A stretch of DNA of 42,891 bases from Bryobacter sp. (GTDB taxonomy: Bacteria; Acidobacteriota; Terriglobia; Bryobacterales; Bryobacteraceae): NCBI GenBank assembly GCA_046590555.1, contig JBKJUN010000556.1, forward strand, positions 1-42,891. The letters run 5' to 3'. The notes under the pieces are model-generated. The model was not told where the DNA came from. It ran no database searches and saw nothing but the letters and a program-made list of their open reading frames with translations. Numbering within the stretch: position 1 is the stretch's first letter; each line of letters opens with the position of its first letter. Shown here piece by piece: positions 20,413 to 29,847 of the stretch. Made by a program: the position numbers and the translations under genes.

Positions 20413-21503
20413 TGCTTTCTTTCCGCACACTGAGGGATGTTGATTGGACACTGCTGATCCTCACTCTAATCCTCTGCGGCATTGGTGTTCTGCAAATTTA
20501 TTCCGCCACCCAATCTACCGGCGAAGCAGATCGCTGGTGGAAGCAGGTGATCTATATTTTTGCTGGTCTCATCGTCTTTTATCTGGTGAGTCAGGTTGAC
20601 TATCACACCCTGGTTGGCCAGGCACCCCTGATGTATATCATCTTCGGGGGGATTCTTGTCTTTCTCCTGGTTCTGAGTCGCGTCGTACTTGGCGCGAAAC
20701 GTTGGATCAGTCTCGGGGCTGGCTTCAAGCTGCAACCCAGCGAATTCATGAAGCTGATCCTGATCCTTTTTATTGCTCGATTCATATCGGAGCTCAAAAC
20801 CGACTCCATGCGACTTCGTGATCTTCTAAAGCTTTGCGGCCTTGTCCTTGTCCCGTTCGTTCTTGTTGGATTACAACCAGATTTGGGCACAGCCCTTTGC
20901 TATTTGCCGATTCTCGCTGTGGGTGTCTTGCTTGCAGGCCTTACCAGGCAACAGGCAATGTCCATTTTAATCATTCTGCTCCTCATTGTCCCAGCCGGTT
21001 GGTTCGCCCTGAAGGATTACCAAAAGGCGCGAATCACCAGCTTTATGGACCCAACCTCAGACCCTCAGGGTTCTGGATACCAGGTAATGCAGTCCAAAAT
21101 TGCCGTTGGTTCCGGAGGCATGTGGGGGCTCGGTGTGACCCGCGGAATGCAGATCCAACTTCGCTTCTTACCCTTTGCCCATACGGATTTTATCTTTGCC
21201 GCCTTTGCTGAAGAACATGGCTTCGTCGGCGTGGTCACCGTACTTGGGTTATATTTCCTACTATTGATGCAAATTTTGCAAAACGCACAAACTGCCCCGG
21301 ACCGGGCAGGCACCGCCATCTGTATGGGCGTAGGTGCGTTAATGCTTTTCCACGTTCTGGAGAATGCTGGGATGGTTGCCGGCCTAATGCCAGTGGCGGG
21401 AATTCCCTTGCCATTGATGAGCTACGGCGGCTCGAGTATTCTCTCGTTTTTCCTCATGCTGGGGCTCGTCAACAACGTACGCCTCCGGCGATTCTTGCAG
21501 TAA
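20412..21503 (+). CDS. rodA: Rod shape-determining SEDS protein RodA
   Basis: GAKRWI, QPSEFMK, QPDLGTA, HTDFIF and GIPLPLMSYGGSS motifs. Confidence 0.96.
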   Translation: MLSFRTLRDVDWTLLILTLILCGIGVLQIYSATQSTGEADRWWKQVIYIFAGLIVFYLVSQVDYHTLVGQAPLMYIIFGGILVFLLVLSRVVLGAKRWISLGAGFKLQPSEFMKLILILFIARFISELKTDSMRLRDLLKLCGLVLVPFVLVGLQPDLGTALCYLPILAVGVLLAGLTRQQAMSILIILLLIVPAGWFALKDYQKARITSFMDPTSDPQGSGYQVMQSKIAVGSGGMWGLGVTRGMQIQLRFLPFAHTDFIFAAFAEEHGFVGVVTVLGLYFLLLMQILQNAQTAPDRAGTAICMGVGALMLFHVLENAGMVAGLMPVAGIPLPLMSYGGSSILSFFLMLGLVNNVRLRRFLQ

Positions 21504-21768
21504 GATGACCTGGGCCAAACTATGACCGCCTGGGGCTACAACAATTTGGAACTATTTTGCCGAGACGCTTTTGCCGGACTTCTCCCCGCTCCAAGGATGA
21601 CGCCTTGCGGCTCTGCCGCCGCACGCGATTTCTCCGCGGGCCAGTTTCCGGCCACCAAACGCTTCTTATACGCACTCAGTGCATTTCGCGTCTTGTTTCG
21701 AGTCGAGTTGCTTTCCAGATTTGTATTCCAGGCCGACGGTTCTCCCGGGATCCTTAAGGAGATGCCTG

Positions 21769-24615
21769 ATGGCAAAAGAGTTAGTAATTTCCACTGGGCG
21801 GCACGAAACCCGTGTCGCCATCATGGAAGAAGACCAGCTGGTCGAAATCTATTTCCAGCGCGCTAATGAATATTCGCTCGCCGGATCGATCCACAAGGGC
21901 CGCGTTACCCGCGTGCTCCCTGGAATGCAATCCGCTTTCGTCGACCTTGGTCTCGAACGCGACACATTCCTCTACGTCTCTGACTTCTTTGAAGAGAACG
22001 AAGAGTTTGAAAAGATGCCGGAAGGGCGCGAACGAACAGAACGTATAGGTACAGAACGTATCGGTACAGAACGTATCGGTGCAGAACGTATCGGTGCAGA
22101 ACGTATCGGTACAGAACGTATCGGTACAGAACGTATCGAGCGTCCGGATCGTGACCAGAACCGCGGACGCGGTCGAGATGGCCGGGACGGTGGGCGGGGT
22201 CGTGGTCGTGATCGCCGCGAACCCTTGGTCGTTCAATCTGCCGCAAATGCCTCTGCCCTCAATGCTCCCGTCGCTGATGCTGCTGCGATAGATGCTCCGC
22301 GAGTCGTAGTCGAACGACCAGCTTCTGGCGATGCCGAAGATCAGCGCCGTGGCAACCGCCGGCGTCGTCGCGGTCGTTCCGCTCAAGGAGGCAACTTCCC
22401 TGAATCGAAGTTCGCCGATGCAACCGAAGAAGAGGAAGCAGTTACCGAAGAGCTCGAATCGATCATCGAAGCGCAAGAAAATGTCGATGCGCCTTCGATG
22501 CCTATTCTGCTTCCCGGCGAGACTCTCTCGAAGTACAGAGGTCGGCCTGCAGAAGTTGCCGCGTCCTTTGAGGATGAGGTCGAAGTTGAAGCCGATGAAC
22601 CCGAGCTTGCTTTTGAGGCTATCGTTGAAATCCATGAAGCGCCAGTCACCCCTCTCAAAGCAATCACCCCTGAGTCCATTGCTGAGCGGCTTGAAGACGA
22701 AGTGCTCGAAGAAGTAAAAGAACACCTTGCTGAAATGGCCAAGGAGAACGAAGAGCAGCGAGACTTCGAAGAAGCCGAGCGCTTGGCCTATCAAGACAAA
22801 GAGAACGCCGAGGCAGAAGCTGCCATCGCTGCATCTGCGCAGTTAGACAACCAGAATTTACAGGTTTCTGATGATCAGGACTCCGATGATGACAACGACG
22901 ATGAGGTCGATGATGATGCAGAGGCCTCAGTTTCGCTCGAATCGATTGCGACTGAAGGTGATGAGGCTCAGGTACTAGCCGAGGGCGAATCTCCGGATTC
23001 CGATGCTGATGGTGTTCTCCCCTCACTTGGCTATTCAGCTCACTTGCGCCAGACCGACCAGCGCTTCCTTCAGCAAAGAGCTCCACAAGAAGGCGGCGAA
23101 GGGCAAGAGAGAGGCGGCAGGCGTCGGCGCAGGGGTGGCAGGGGCAGAGACCGCGCGGCTGCACCAGAGGCCGCTGCAGGCGCAATAGAAGCCCCAGTGG
23201 TGACCGAAGGCGAAGCAGCCGTAGTTCCCCCTGTAGAAGCTCAAAGAGACTCCGAACCGCGTCGCGAAGACGGTCGCCGTGACGGACGCAACCGCCGTGA
23301 CCGTGGAGATCGATCTGAGCCACGCGGCGAGCGAACAGCAACCGATCGAAGCGATCGACCAGAGCGCTCTGCAGATCGAAACGACCGTCCAGACCGTGAG
23401 CGCCGTCCGCAGCCCTCAATTACTGAGCTCCTCAAAGAAGGCCAGGAAATCCTGGTCCAGATCGCAAAAGAGCCGCTTGGACAAAAGGGCGCGCGAATCA
23501 CATCGCATATCGCTCTTCCAGGCCGCTACTGCGTCTATATGCCCACCGTCGACCATACGGGCGTTTCCCGCAAGATCGCCTCAGACGAAGAGCGTCTGCG
23601 CTTGAAGCGTATTCTTCAAAGCCGTAAAGAGGGAATCCCTGGCGGATTTATCATCCGCACTGCGGGAGAAGGCCGGACTGAAGAAGAGATCCTCGCCGAC
23701 ATCGAATTTCTCAGCAACCTCTGGGTTGACATTCGCAAGAAGGCAGAAAGCAAGCCGGCTCCGGCTCTGATCTACCACGACCTCGAAATTGTGGAACGTG
23801 TCCTTCGTGATCAGCTGGGCCCCGACTTCAAGTCGATCTGGGTCGACAACGAAGAGATCTACGAGAGCATCCTGCGCTTCCTCGAGCGTTTCCAGCCGAT
23901 GATGGTTTCTCGCGTCAAAATGTACACGCGCCAAGCCTCCATCTTCGATAACTTTGGAATCACGCAGGAACTTGAGAAAGCTCTCCGCCCAAAGGTCTGG
24001 TTGAAATCGGGCGGTTACATCGTAATCAATCAGACGGAAGCACTCGTTGCCATTGATATCAACACAGGCAAGTTTGTTGGTAAGTCCAATCGACTGGAAG
24101 ATACCATCGTCAAAACCAACGTCGAGGCCATCCGCGAGATCGTCCGTCAGGTTCGTTTGCGCGACCTCGGCGGCATTATCGTCATCGACTTCATTGATAT
24201 GGATGAACGCAAGAATCGCATGAGGGTCATGCAGGCCCTTGAGGAGGCAATGCGTGCCGATCGCGCCCCTTACAAGATTCTGCAGTTTAACGACTTTGGC
24301 CTGGTTGCGATCACACGCAAGCGCGTCAAACAGTCGCTTGAGCGCACCCTATGCGCCCCTTGCCCCTATTGCGAAGGCTCAGCATACGTCAAGAGTGTGC
24401 AGACTGTCGTCGGTGAAATCCTCAACGAAGCCAAGAAATTGGCCCGGGCGCTGGAAGACTCGAAAGACGTCCTGCTCCGGGTGAACCCCGAAGTAGCGAA
24501 GGTCTTCAAATCTTCTGACAACCAGTACCTCGAAGAACTCGAAGAAATTGTAGGCCGGCCTGTAATGGTGGTTTCTGATGGCTTGATTCATCAGGAAAAA
24601 TTTGATCTGGCCTAG
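21769..24615 (+). CDS. rne: Ribonuclease E/G family with a large disordered insertion in the S1 domain
   Basis: KGRVTRVLPGMQSAFVD, QIAKEPLGQKGAR, AIDINTG, RLRDLGGIIVIDFIDM and the Zn-link CPYC; AAGGAG ribosome-binding site before the ATG at 21769. Confidence 0.93.
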   Translation: MAKELVISTGRHETRVAIMEEDQLVEIYFQRANEYSLAGSIHKGRVTRVLPGMQSAFVDLGLERDTFLYVSDFFEENEEFEKMPEGRERTERIGTERIGTERIGAERIGAERIGTERIGTERIERPDRDQNRGRGRDGRDGGRGRGRDRREPLVVQSAANASALNAPVADAAAIDAPRVVVERPASGDAEDQRRGNRRRRRGRSAQGGNFPESKFADATEEEEAVTEELESIIEAQENVDAPSMPILLPGETLSKYRGRPAEVAASFEDEVEVEADEPELAFEAIVEIHEAPVTPLKAITPESIAERLEDEVLEEVKEHLAEMAKENEEQRDFEEAERLAYQDKENAEAEAAIAASAQLDNQNLQVSDDQDSDDDNDDEVDDDAEASVSLESIATEGDEAQVLAEGESPDSDADGVLPSLGYSAHLRQTDQRFLQQRAPQEGGEGQERGGRRRRRGGRGRDRAAAPEAAAGAIEAPVVTEGEAAVVPPVEAQRDSEPRREDGRRDGRNRRDRGDRSEPRGERTATDRSDRPERSADRNDRPDRERRPQPSITELLKEGQEILVQIAKEPLGQKGARITSHIALPGRYCVYMPTVDHTGVSRKIASDEERLRLKRILQSRKEGIPGGFIIRTAGEGRTEEEILADIEFLSNLWVDIRKKAESKPAPALIYHDLEIVERVLRDQLGPDFKSIWVDNEEIYESILRFLERFQPMMVSRVKMYTRQASIFDNFGITQELEKALRPKVWLKSGGYIVINQTEALVAIDINTGKFVGKSNRLEDTIVKTNVEAIREIVRQVRLRDLGGIIVIDFIDMDERKNRMRVMQALEEAMRADRAPYKILQFNDFGLVAITRKRVKQSLERTLCAPCPYCEGSAYVKSVQTVVGEILNEAKKLARALEDSKDVLLRVNPEVAKVFKSSDNQYLEELEEIVGRPVMVVSDGLIHQEKFDLA
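22036..22140 (+). repeat. In-frame 15-bp tandem repeat, 7 copies of RCAGAACGTATCGGT, encoding (T/A)ERIG
   Basis: Read directly; seven contiguous units with no spacers. Confidence 0.95.
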
Positions 24616-24635
24616 CGTTTAATTCTCTGCATGCC

Positions 24636-25319
24636 ATGCGATATCAACTTATCCTGGTACTTACTCTGATCTTGAAGACGAAAAGCTCCGCCCAGGAGCT
24701 TTTTGTCTTTTCAGACCTTGCACTCTTCGCTCAGAAGGATCTCTCGAAGATCGACTGCGATTCAGTGCTTGCATCCAAAGAGTACGAGGTTTTGTCTCCG
24801 GCCCTCGAGCGAGGCGATTTCCTGACTCTGTTGATAGTTGTGAAACATCTGGCAGGCCAGGCTTTTGTGCTGGAGACCGGGCAATATCCGCCTGGAGCAC
24901 TTTCTCTTCGCAGCTTCCGGCTCTTCCCAGGCACTGACACTTCACTTGAACTCACCAGAGTTTCAAACTCGCTTCGCGGACGGATTGGCGAAAATCAGCG
25001 CTGCGCTATTTTTATTCTTGATGCCGAGGTGCCAAGAGATATTCCCGAAGGCCGTCTGAAGTTGGAACCGGCCCTCTGGGTTCCCGGCTCCGTCTCGCAA
25101 AATGGCTGGCTGCGTTACCCGATGGAAATAAGAGTTATGCAAAAAGAAGCAGATCCATTCGAAATCCAGGCAACTTGCACCGCATCGAAACTCACACTGG
25201 ATCATCTTCTGATCCGCAACCTCAGCCGCGAAGGGTTGGACTGTCTCAGTTTGCGTGAGAACAGAGCCGATACTCAATTGATACTCGGCCAACGTCGTTT
25301 GAGAGGAAAAAACCAGTAG
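24636..25319 (+). CDS. Hypothetical, probably exported protein
   Basis: 227-aa ORF with a hydrophobic N-terminus, 20 nt after rne. Confidence 0.65.
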   Translation: MRYQLILVLTLILKTKSSAQELFVFSDLALFAQKDLSKIDCDSVLASKEYEVLSPALERGDFLTLLIVVKHLAGQAFVLETGQYPPGALSLRSFRLFPGTDTSLELTRVSNSLRGRIGENQRCAIFILDAEVPRDIPEGRLKLEPALWVPGSVSQNGWLRYPMEIRVMQKEADPFEIQATCTASKLTLDHLLIRNLSREGLDCLSLRENRADTQLILGQRRLRGKNQ

Positions 25320-25355
25320 CAAGTGACTGATTTGCTACACTAAGACAAACAGGCT

Positions 25356-25445
25356 GGAGAGGTGGCCGAGCGGTTTAAGGCGCACGCTTGGAAAGCGTGT
25401 GTACAGGAAACTGTACCGAGGGTTCGAATCCCTCCTTCTCCGCCA
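25356..25445 (+). tRNA. tRNA-Ser (GGA)
   Basis: Acceptor stem GGAGAGG/CTTCTCC, anticodon arm CACGC-TTGGAAA-GCGTG, long variable arm GTACAG-GAAA-CTGTAC, GGTTCGAATCC, encoded CCA. Confidence 0.98.
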
Positions 25446-25455
25446 TTCCCAAATT

Positions 25456-26582
25456 TTAACTGCTGAACTGCAATTCTTTTCTCCCCACAATTTCAATCCC
25501 AAAGCCTTCAAGCCCGACTGCCTTAAGCGGCGAGTTTGTCAGCAACTCAATCCTCTTCAAATTCAGATCTCGTAAAATCTGAGCCCCAATCCCAACCTGA
25601 TGCTGCATCTTCGGTTCTCCCTCGGGACGCTGAAGGTTCCTTGCGTGCACCTGAAGACAGTTCGTTGACCCTTCAGTGCATCGCAATCGTTCTTGATTCC
25701 CATGGTGCAAATAAACAAGCACGCCACGTCCTGCCTCTCCGATCAGCCTCATGGAGGTGTCGAGCAGAGCGCGGCAATCACAGGCTCGGCTCCCAAAGAG
25801 GTCACCAAAAGGACAATGTGAGTGCATCCTTACCAGGACGGGTTCGTCCCCGCTAATATCGCCACATACGAGTGCCGAATGCATCTCCCGGTCAAGCGTG
25901 TTCTCATAGACGATCATCTGCATTGCGCCATGTGCAGTATCGATCAGGCCACTGCTATGCCGGAGAACATGACTCTCGTTTTTCAGCCGGTAGCGAATCA
26001 AGTCGGCCACCGATATCAGTTTTAAATCATGCTGCTTGCAGTACCCGATCAGTTCAGGTACCCGGGCCATAGACCCGTCTACATTCATGATTTCGCATAT
26101 GACGCCCGCCGGCTTTCTTCCCGCGAGTTTTGCCAGATCGACAGCTGCCTCTGTCTGCCCTGCCCGAACAAGAACTCCTCCGCTCTGTGCTCTAAGCGGA
26201 AACACATGACCGGGGCGTGCCAAATCTTCCGGGCGTGTGCGATCCTCGACGCACACCTGAATGGTATGTGATCGATCCGCAGCGCTGATTCCGGTAGTCA
26301 CACCCAGCTTCGCATCGATTGATTCAGTAAACGCTGTCCCAAAGTTTGACGTGTTGATGCGTGACATCAGCGGCAAGTTCAACCGGTCGCAAAGCTCTGG
26401 TGCCATCGCCAGACACACCAGGCCACGGCCATGCACTGCCATGAAGTTGATCAAATCTGGCGTCACGGCGTCTGCCGCAAGAGTGAGGTCACCCTCATTC
26501 TCACGATCTTCGTCGTCCACAATACAACCATTTTCCCGGCACGAAAATCCGCGATTGCGGACTCAATTAAATCGAATGGCAT
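25456..26582 (-). CDS. ribBA: DHBP synthase fused to a GTP cyclohydrolase II-like domain (RibBA/RibBX); frameshifted near codon 21 as sequenced
   Basis: [20 protein letters not shown] lies in one frame; [35 protein letters not shown] and ICEI lie in another. C-terminal domain has RMHSHC..GD.FGS..CDC. Confidence 0.9.
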
Positions 26583-26921
26583 AGTCTTAACCATTGTCGC
26601 TGACAACTCCCCAGGAAGCCCGGAAAATCGACTCGCTGTTGTCTTCCGGCGCGACATCAAGAGGTGTCGAGTTAGAATTCACCATCCGTCATCCGAATTC
26701 CTGCCTGAAGGCCCAATCCAAAGGGTGAAATCAATTCTCAACAAGCAGCAAGAAGCGGTTCACAAGTATTTTTCAACTCTATTTCCTTTCTTATCAATAA
26801 AAAATGGCTTATTTGAAATTTCTTTGAGCCTGATCGTGACTAATCTCTGTGTGGGGTAAGTGCCCTGAAGACATTGAACTAACAGAAAGTTACGAAGCGC
26901 CTGTTTCGTATTCGAGCAGAA

Positions 26922-28328
26922 ATGAACTTGACGCAAATTACCGATGCGATCCAGCCGCATCCAGACTATCGGGCATGGCTCGCCAGCCTTGAGATGTATC
27001 GCGATCTTTATTCAGGAGGCGCACAGATGAAGTCGAAAGCTAGTAGCTACTTGTATCGCCGCCACCGCGAGCCTGCTGAGGTTTACCAGGAGAGAGTAAG
27101 CCGGGCTTTCTATGAAAACTATATGGGGTCGATTATCGACTGGTACGCCTCCACCCTTTTCCGCAGAGAACCGATTCTCACCGTTGAAGATACAAACCGC
27201 CGTAGCAGTAAGTACTACTTCGAGTTCTTTGAAGATTGCGACGGCAACGGCTCAAATATCACGGATTTTCTTCGCAAGCGATTTATCGATGCATTGGTTT
27301 TTGGGAAGTCATTTATCGCTTTGGAGTTTCCAAAGCGGGAGGCCAGCTTTAGTAGCCGGCTCGAGGAAGAAGCATTGGGAGTGGACAAAGGCTATCTAAC
27401 CGCTATCCACCCAACGGATGTCGTCAACTGGGAATACTCGCAAGATGGCAAATTGACTTTGCTCTGTGTGAGACTTCAGGGGCCAAAATCAGCCGGTTCA
27501 TTCGATTTCAATAAAGATGCCTCCCGCTATCTGATCTACACCGAAACCGAGTATTTCATCGTCGAGGAAGATCCATCTGAAGACAAAGCAATTCGCTTGA
27601 TCGAACAGGGTCTGCACTCTTGCTCTTCAGAGATGCGGCTTCCTGTTTTTGACATCACCCTCAGCGATGGACTGTGGCTGATGAACAAAGCCGCACATCT
27701 TCAACTCGAGCATTACAACAAATCCAATTCTTTGTCCTGGTCCCTCGGCATGGCGCTCTATGCCACTCCAGTCGTTTACAGCAAGAAGGATTGGTCGACC
27801 ATTCTTGGGGAATCTTACTATATCCATCTCGACCCCGAAGACAAGTTTGGCTGGACCGAGCCTGAAGGCAACGTCTATCGAATCGCCATGGAAAACCTGG
27901 CTCGGCTGCAGGAAGAAATTTACCGTACTTGCTATCTCATGGGCCAATCGAGAAGTTGGCTCTCCGGGTCTGCCCAGGTTAGTGGCAACAGCAAGCGAGC
28001 GGATTACCAAATTACTCAGGAAGTGCTCCGGGCCTACGGCGACACCGTCAAGGACACTCTGAAACGACTTTTGCAGACACTGATTCGTGTCCGCAAAGAT
28101 GACCTCCGAATTTCCGTTTCTGGTCTCGACGAATTCGAGGTCGGGGAATTCAATGAGGAACTCGATGAAGCGCAAAAGTTGCTGAATCTTGGTATCGACT
28201 CAAAGACTTTCCGCAAGCAGGCCTTCAAAAAGCTGGCTTTTAAGTTTCTTGCGGATATCAATGAAACCACCAAAGCGAAAATTGCCGCTGAAATCGAAGA
28301 ACAGATCGACAAAGGAGATGCGAAATGA
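26922..28328 (+). CDS. Phage portal protein (DUF4055-like)
   Basis: 468 aa; HPDY...YRDLYSGG...YL.R...E..EVYQERVSRAFYENY...LFRREP...EDCDGNGSNITDF...DVVNW pattern; first gene of the head module. Confidence 0.85.
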   Translation: MNLTQITDAIQPHPDYRAWLASLEMYRDLYSGGAQMKSKASSYLYRRHREPAEVYQERVSRAFYENYMGSIIDWYASTLFRREPILTVEDTNRRSSKYYFEFFEDCDGNGSNITDFLRKRFIDALVFGKSFIALEFPKREASFSSRLEEEALGVDKGYLTAIHPTDVVNWEYSQDGKLTLLCVRLQGPKSAGSFDFNKDASRYLIYTETEYFIVEEDPSEDKAIRLIEQGLHSCSSEMRLPVFDITLSDGLWLMNKAAHLQLEHYNKSNSLSWSLGMALYATPVVYSKKDWSTILGESYYIHLDPEDKFGWTEPEGNVYRIAMENLARLQEEIYRTCYLMGQSRSWLSGSAQVSGNSKRADYQITQEVLRAYGDTVKDTLKRLLQTLIRVRKDDLRISVSGLDEFEVGEFNEELDEAQKLLNLGIDSKTFRKQAFKKLAFKFLADINETTKAKIAAEIEEQIDKGDAK

Positions 28329-28897
28329 ATTCAAATCCGGAATCAGAATCGCAAAACACCACTGGGGACCTGAAAAAACTTGTCCATGAGGTGTTTGAGG
28401 AATTTCACAACGTTCAGTCGAAACGAACGGAACCGGCCTATAAAGCTGAACTCGAGGAAGAACGCCGCAAGCGGGAATCCATGGAAAAGCGCCTCAATGA
28501 ATTGGTGGACGAGAACCGTCGTACCAAGGCCAAGGCTGAATCCATGGAGCGCGAATCCTTGATTCGCAATGAACTTCAGCGCTTGGGCGTGGCCAAAGTG
28601 GACCTCGCGTTCAAGGCGGTAAAAGACGACATTCACCGGGATACTGATGGCTCCCTGCATGGTCGCGGCACAGACGGAAATGTGCCGGTGCAGGAATTCT
28701 TGCGAAAGTTCGTGGACGAAAATCCAGAACTTCTCCCGGCACGAAATTTGGGTGGCAGCGGAACGTCTTCGGCCGGCCGCGGTGCCCAAAACTCCCCTGG
28801 TATTGATCTGGATTCGATCAAGCCAGGAATGAGCAAAGAAGATTTGGCCCGAGTGCGCAAAGAAATTGCGCGCGTAGCTGGCCTGATGGTCGATTAA
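28325..28897 (+). CDS. Capsid scaffolding protein
   Basis: Charged coiled-coil N-terminal half, FVDENPELLP followed by a Gly/Ser linker and C-terminal helix; lies between portal and capsid. Confidence 0.8.
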   Translation: MNSNPESESQNTTGDLKKLVHEVFEEFHNVQSKRTEPAYKAELEEERRKRESMEKRLNELVDENRRTKAKAESMERESLIRNELQRLGVAKVDLAFKAVKDDIHRDTDGSLHGRGTDGNVPVQEFLRKFVDENPELLPARNLGGSGTSSAGRGAQNSPGIDLDSIKPGMSKEDLARVRKEIARVAGLMVD

Positions 28898-28918
28898 CAA
28901 AACCAAAAAGGAACATAC

Positions 28919-29827
28919 ATGCCTTCTATTACTTCTGCGAATCTCGCAAACGCGATTGTGAAACTTGTTGCAGCCGATGCGCTGCCTGCCCTGATGGGCA
29001 ACCTCGTGATGGGCAATCTTGTCAATCGCGATTTCGAACCGACTCTGGCCAAGGCTGGGGATACCGTGAACGTACCCGTTCCTCCTTCGCTCGTTGCCAA
29101 CAACATTGCTGACGGCGGTTCGGTCATCACCCAGAACCCCAACCTTGGCAATGCACAGATTGTGCTGAATACACATGCTGAAGCTACCTTTCAGATTCCT
29201 GATGTCACCAAGATTGTTGCCGTCCCGGATCTTCTGAAGCTCTACATGGAACCTGCGATCGTTGCGCTTGCCGAGAAGGTCGAAAGCGATTTGCTAGCTC
29301 TGGCGATTTCGTTCACCTCCAACACTGCTTTGGGTGCTGCGGCCACTCCGCTGACCGAACAGATCGTTGATGACGCTGAAACCGCTCTCTTCAATGCCAG
29401 GGTACCTGCCAGCATGCAAAAGTATCTGGTTGTGGATGCGGCGGGCTACTCTGCTCTTCGTCAGAATCCCCGTTTCAGCGAATATTCCAAAGCTGGTGAA
29501 GCTGGTCTGAAGGCCTTGATTGATGGCAACATCGGTCGCCTGAAGGATTTCTACGTCTTCCGCTCACAGTTTGTCCGCAAGTCTGGAACTCCTCTTACGA
29601 CCTTCAATTTGGCCTTCGCTAAGAATGCTCTCGGCCTGGCCGTTCGTCGTCTCCCGCAGCCTCTGCCGGGCACCGGCGCAATCGCTGAATATGCCGAACT
29701 TGGCAACTTCGGCGTGCGAGTGGTCATGAGCTACCAGCCCGATACTTTGTCGCAGCAGTTCACTGTTGACATCCTTTACGGTGCTGGTGTTCTCCGCAAT
29801 AGCCACGCTGTTCAGGTTCGCAGCTAG
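28919..29827 (+). CDS. Major capsid protein (HK97 fold, P22-coat-like family)
   Basis: 302 aa; LVNRDFE...GDTVNVPVP, LAEKVESDL, ARVP...YLVVD, IGRLKDFYVFRS, FAKNALGL and DILYG pattern; followed by a terminator. Confidence 0.88.
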   Translation: MPSITSANLANAIVKLVAADALPALMGNLVMGNLVNRDFEPTLAKAGDTVNVPVPPSLVANNIADGGSVITQNPNLGNAQIVLNTHAEATFQIPDVTKIVAVPDLLKLYMEPAIVALAEKVESDLLALAISFTSNTALGAAATPLTEQIVDDAETALFNARVPASMQKYLVVDAAGYSALRQNPRFSEYSKAGEAGLKALIDGNIGRLKDFYVFRSQFVRKSGTPLTTFNLAFAKNALGLAVRRLPQPLPGTGAIAEYAELGNFGVRVVMSYQPDTLSQQFTVDILYGAGVLRNSHAVQVRS

Positions 29828-29847
29828 TCTGTTTGAGCTGATAAACG

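Noticed and set aside
22036-22140. CRISPR-like array
   Set aside because: Contiguous 15-bp units with no spacers, in frame within rne; no cas genes in the window.
25356-25445. tRNA-Ser as the attachment site of the phage-like cluster
   Set aside because: ribBA lies between them, and I found no duplicate of the tRNA 3' end at the right boundary near 38676-38707.
26515-26530. ribBA frameshift as programmed recoding
   Set aside because: No slippery heptamer or homopolymer at the junction; a single-base deletion is simpler.
26583-26760. FMN riboswitch upstream of ribBA
   Set aside because: The conserved FMN aptamer strings (AGGGCGGGGTG..TTCCC.ACCGGCGGT) were not seen on the minus strand.
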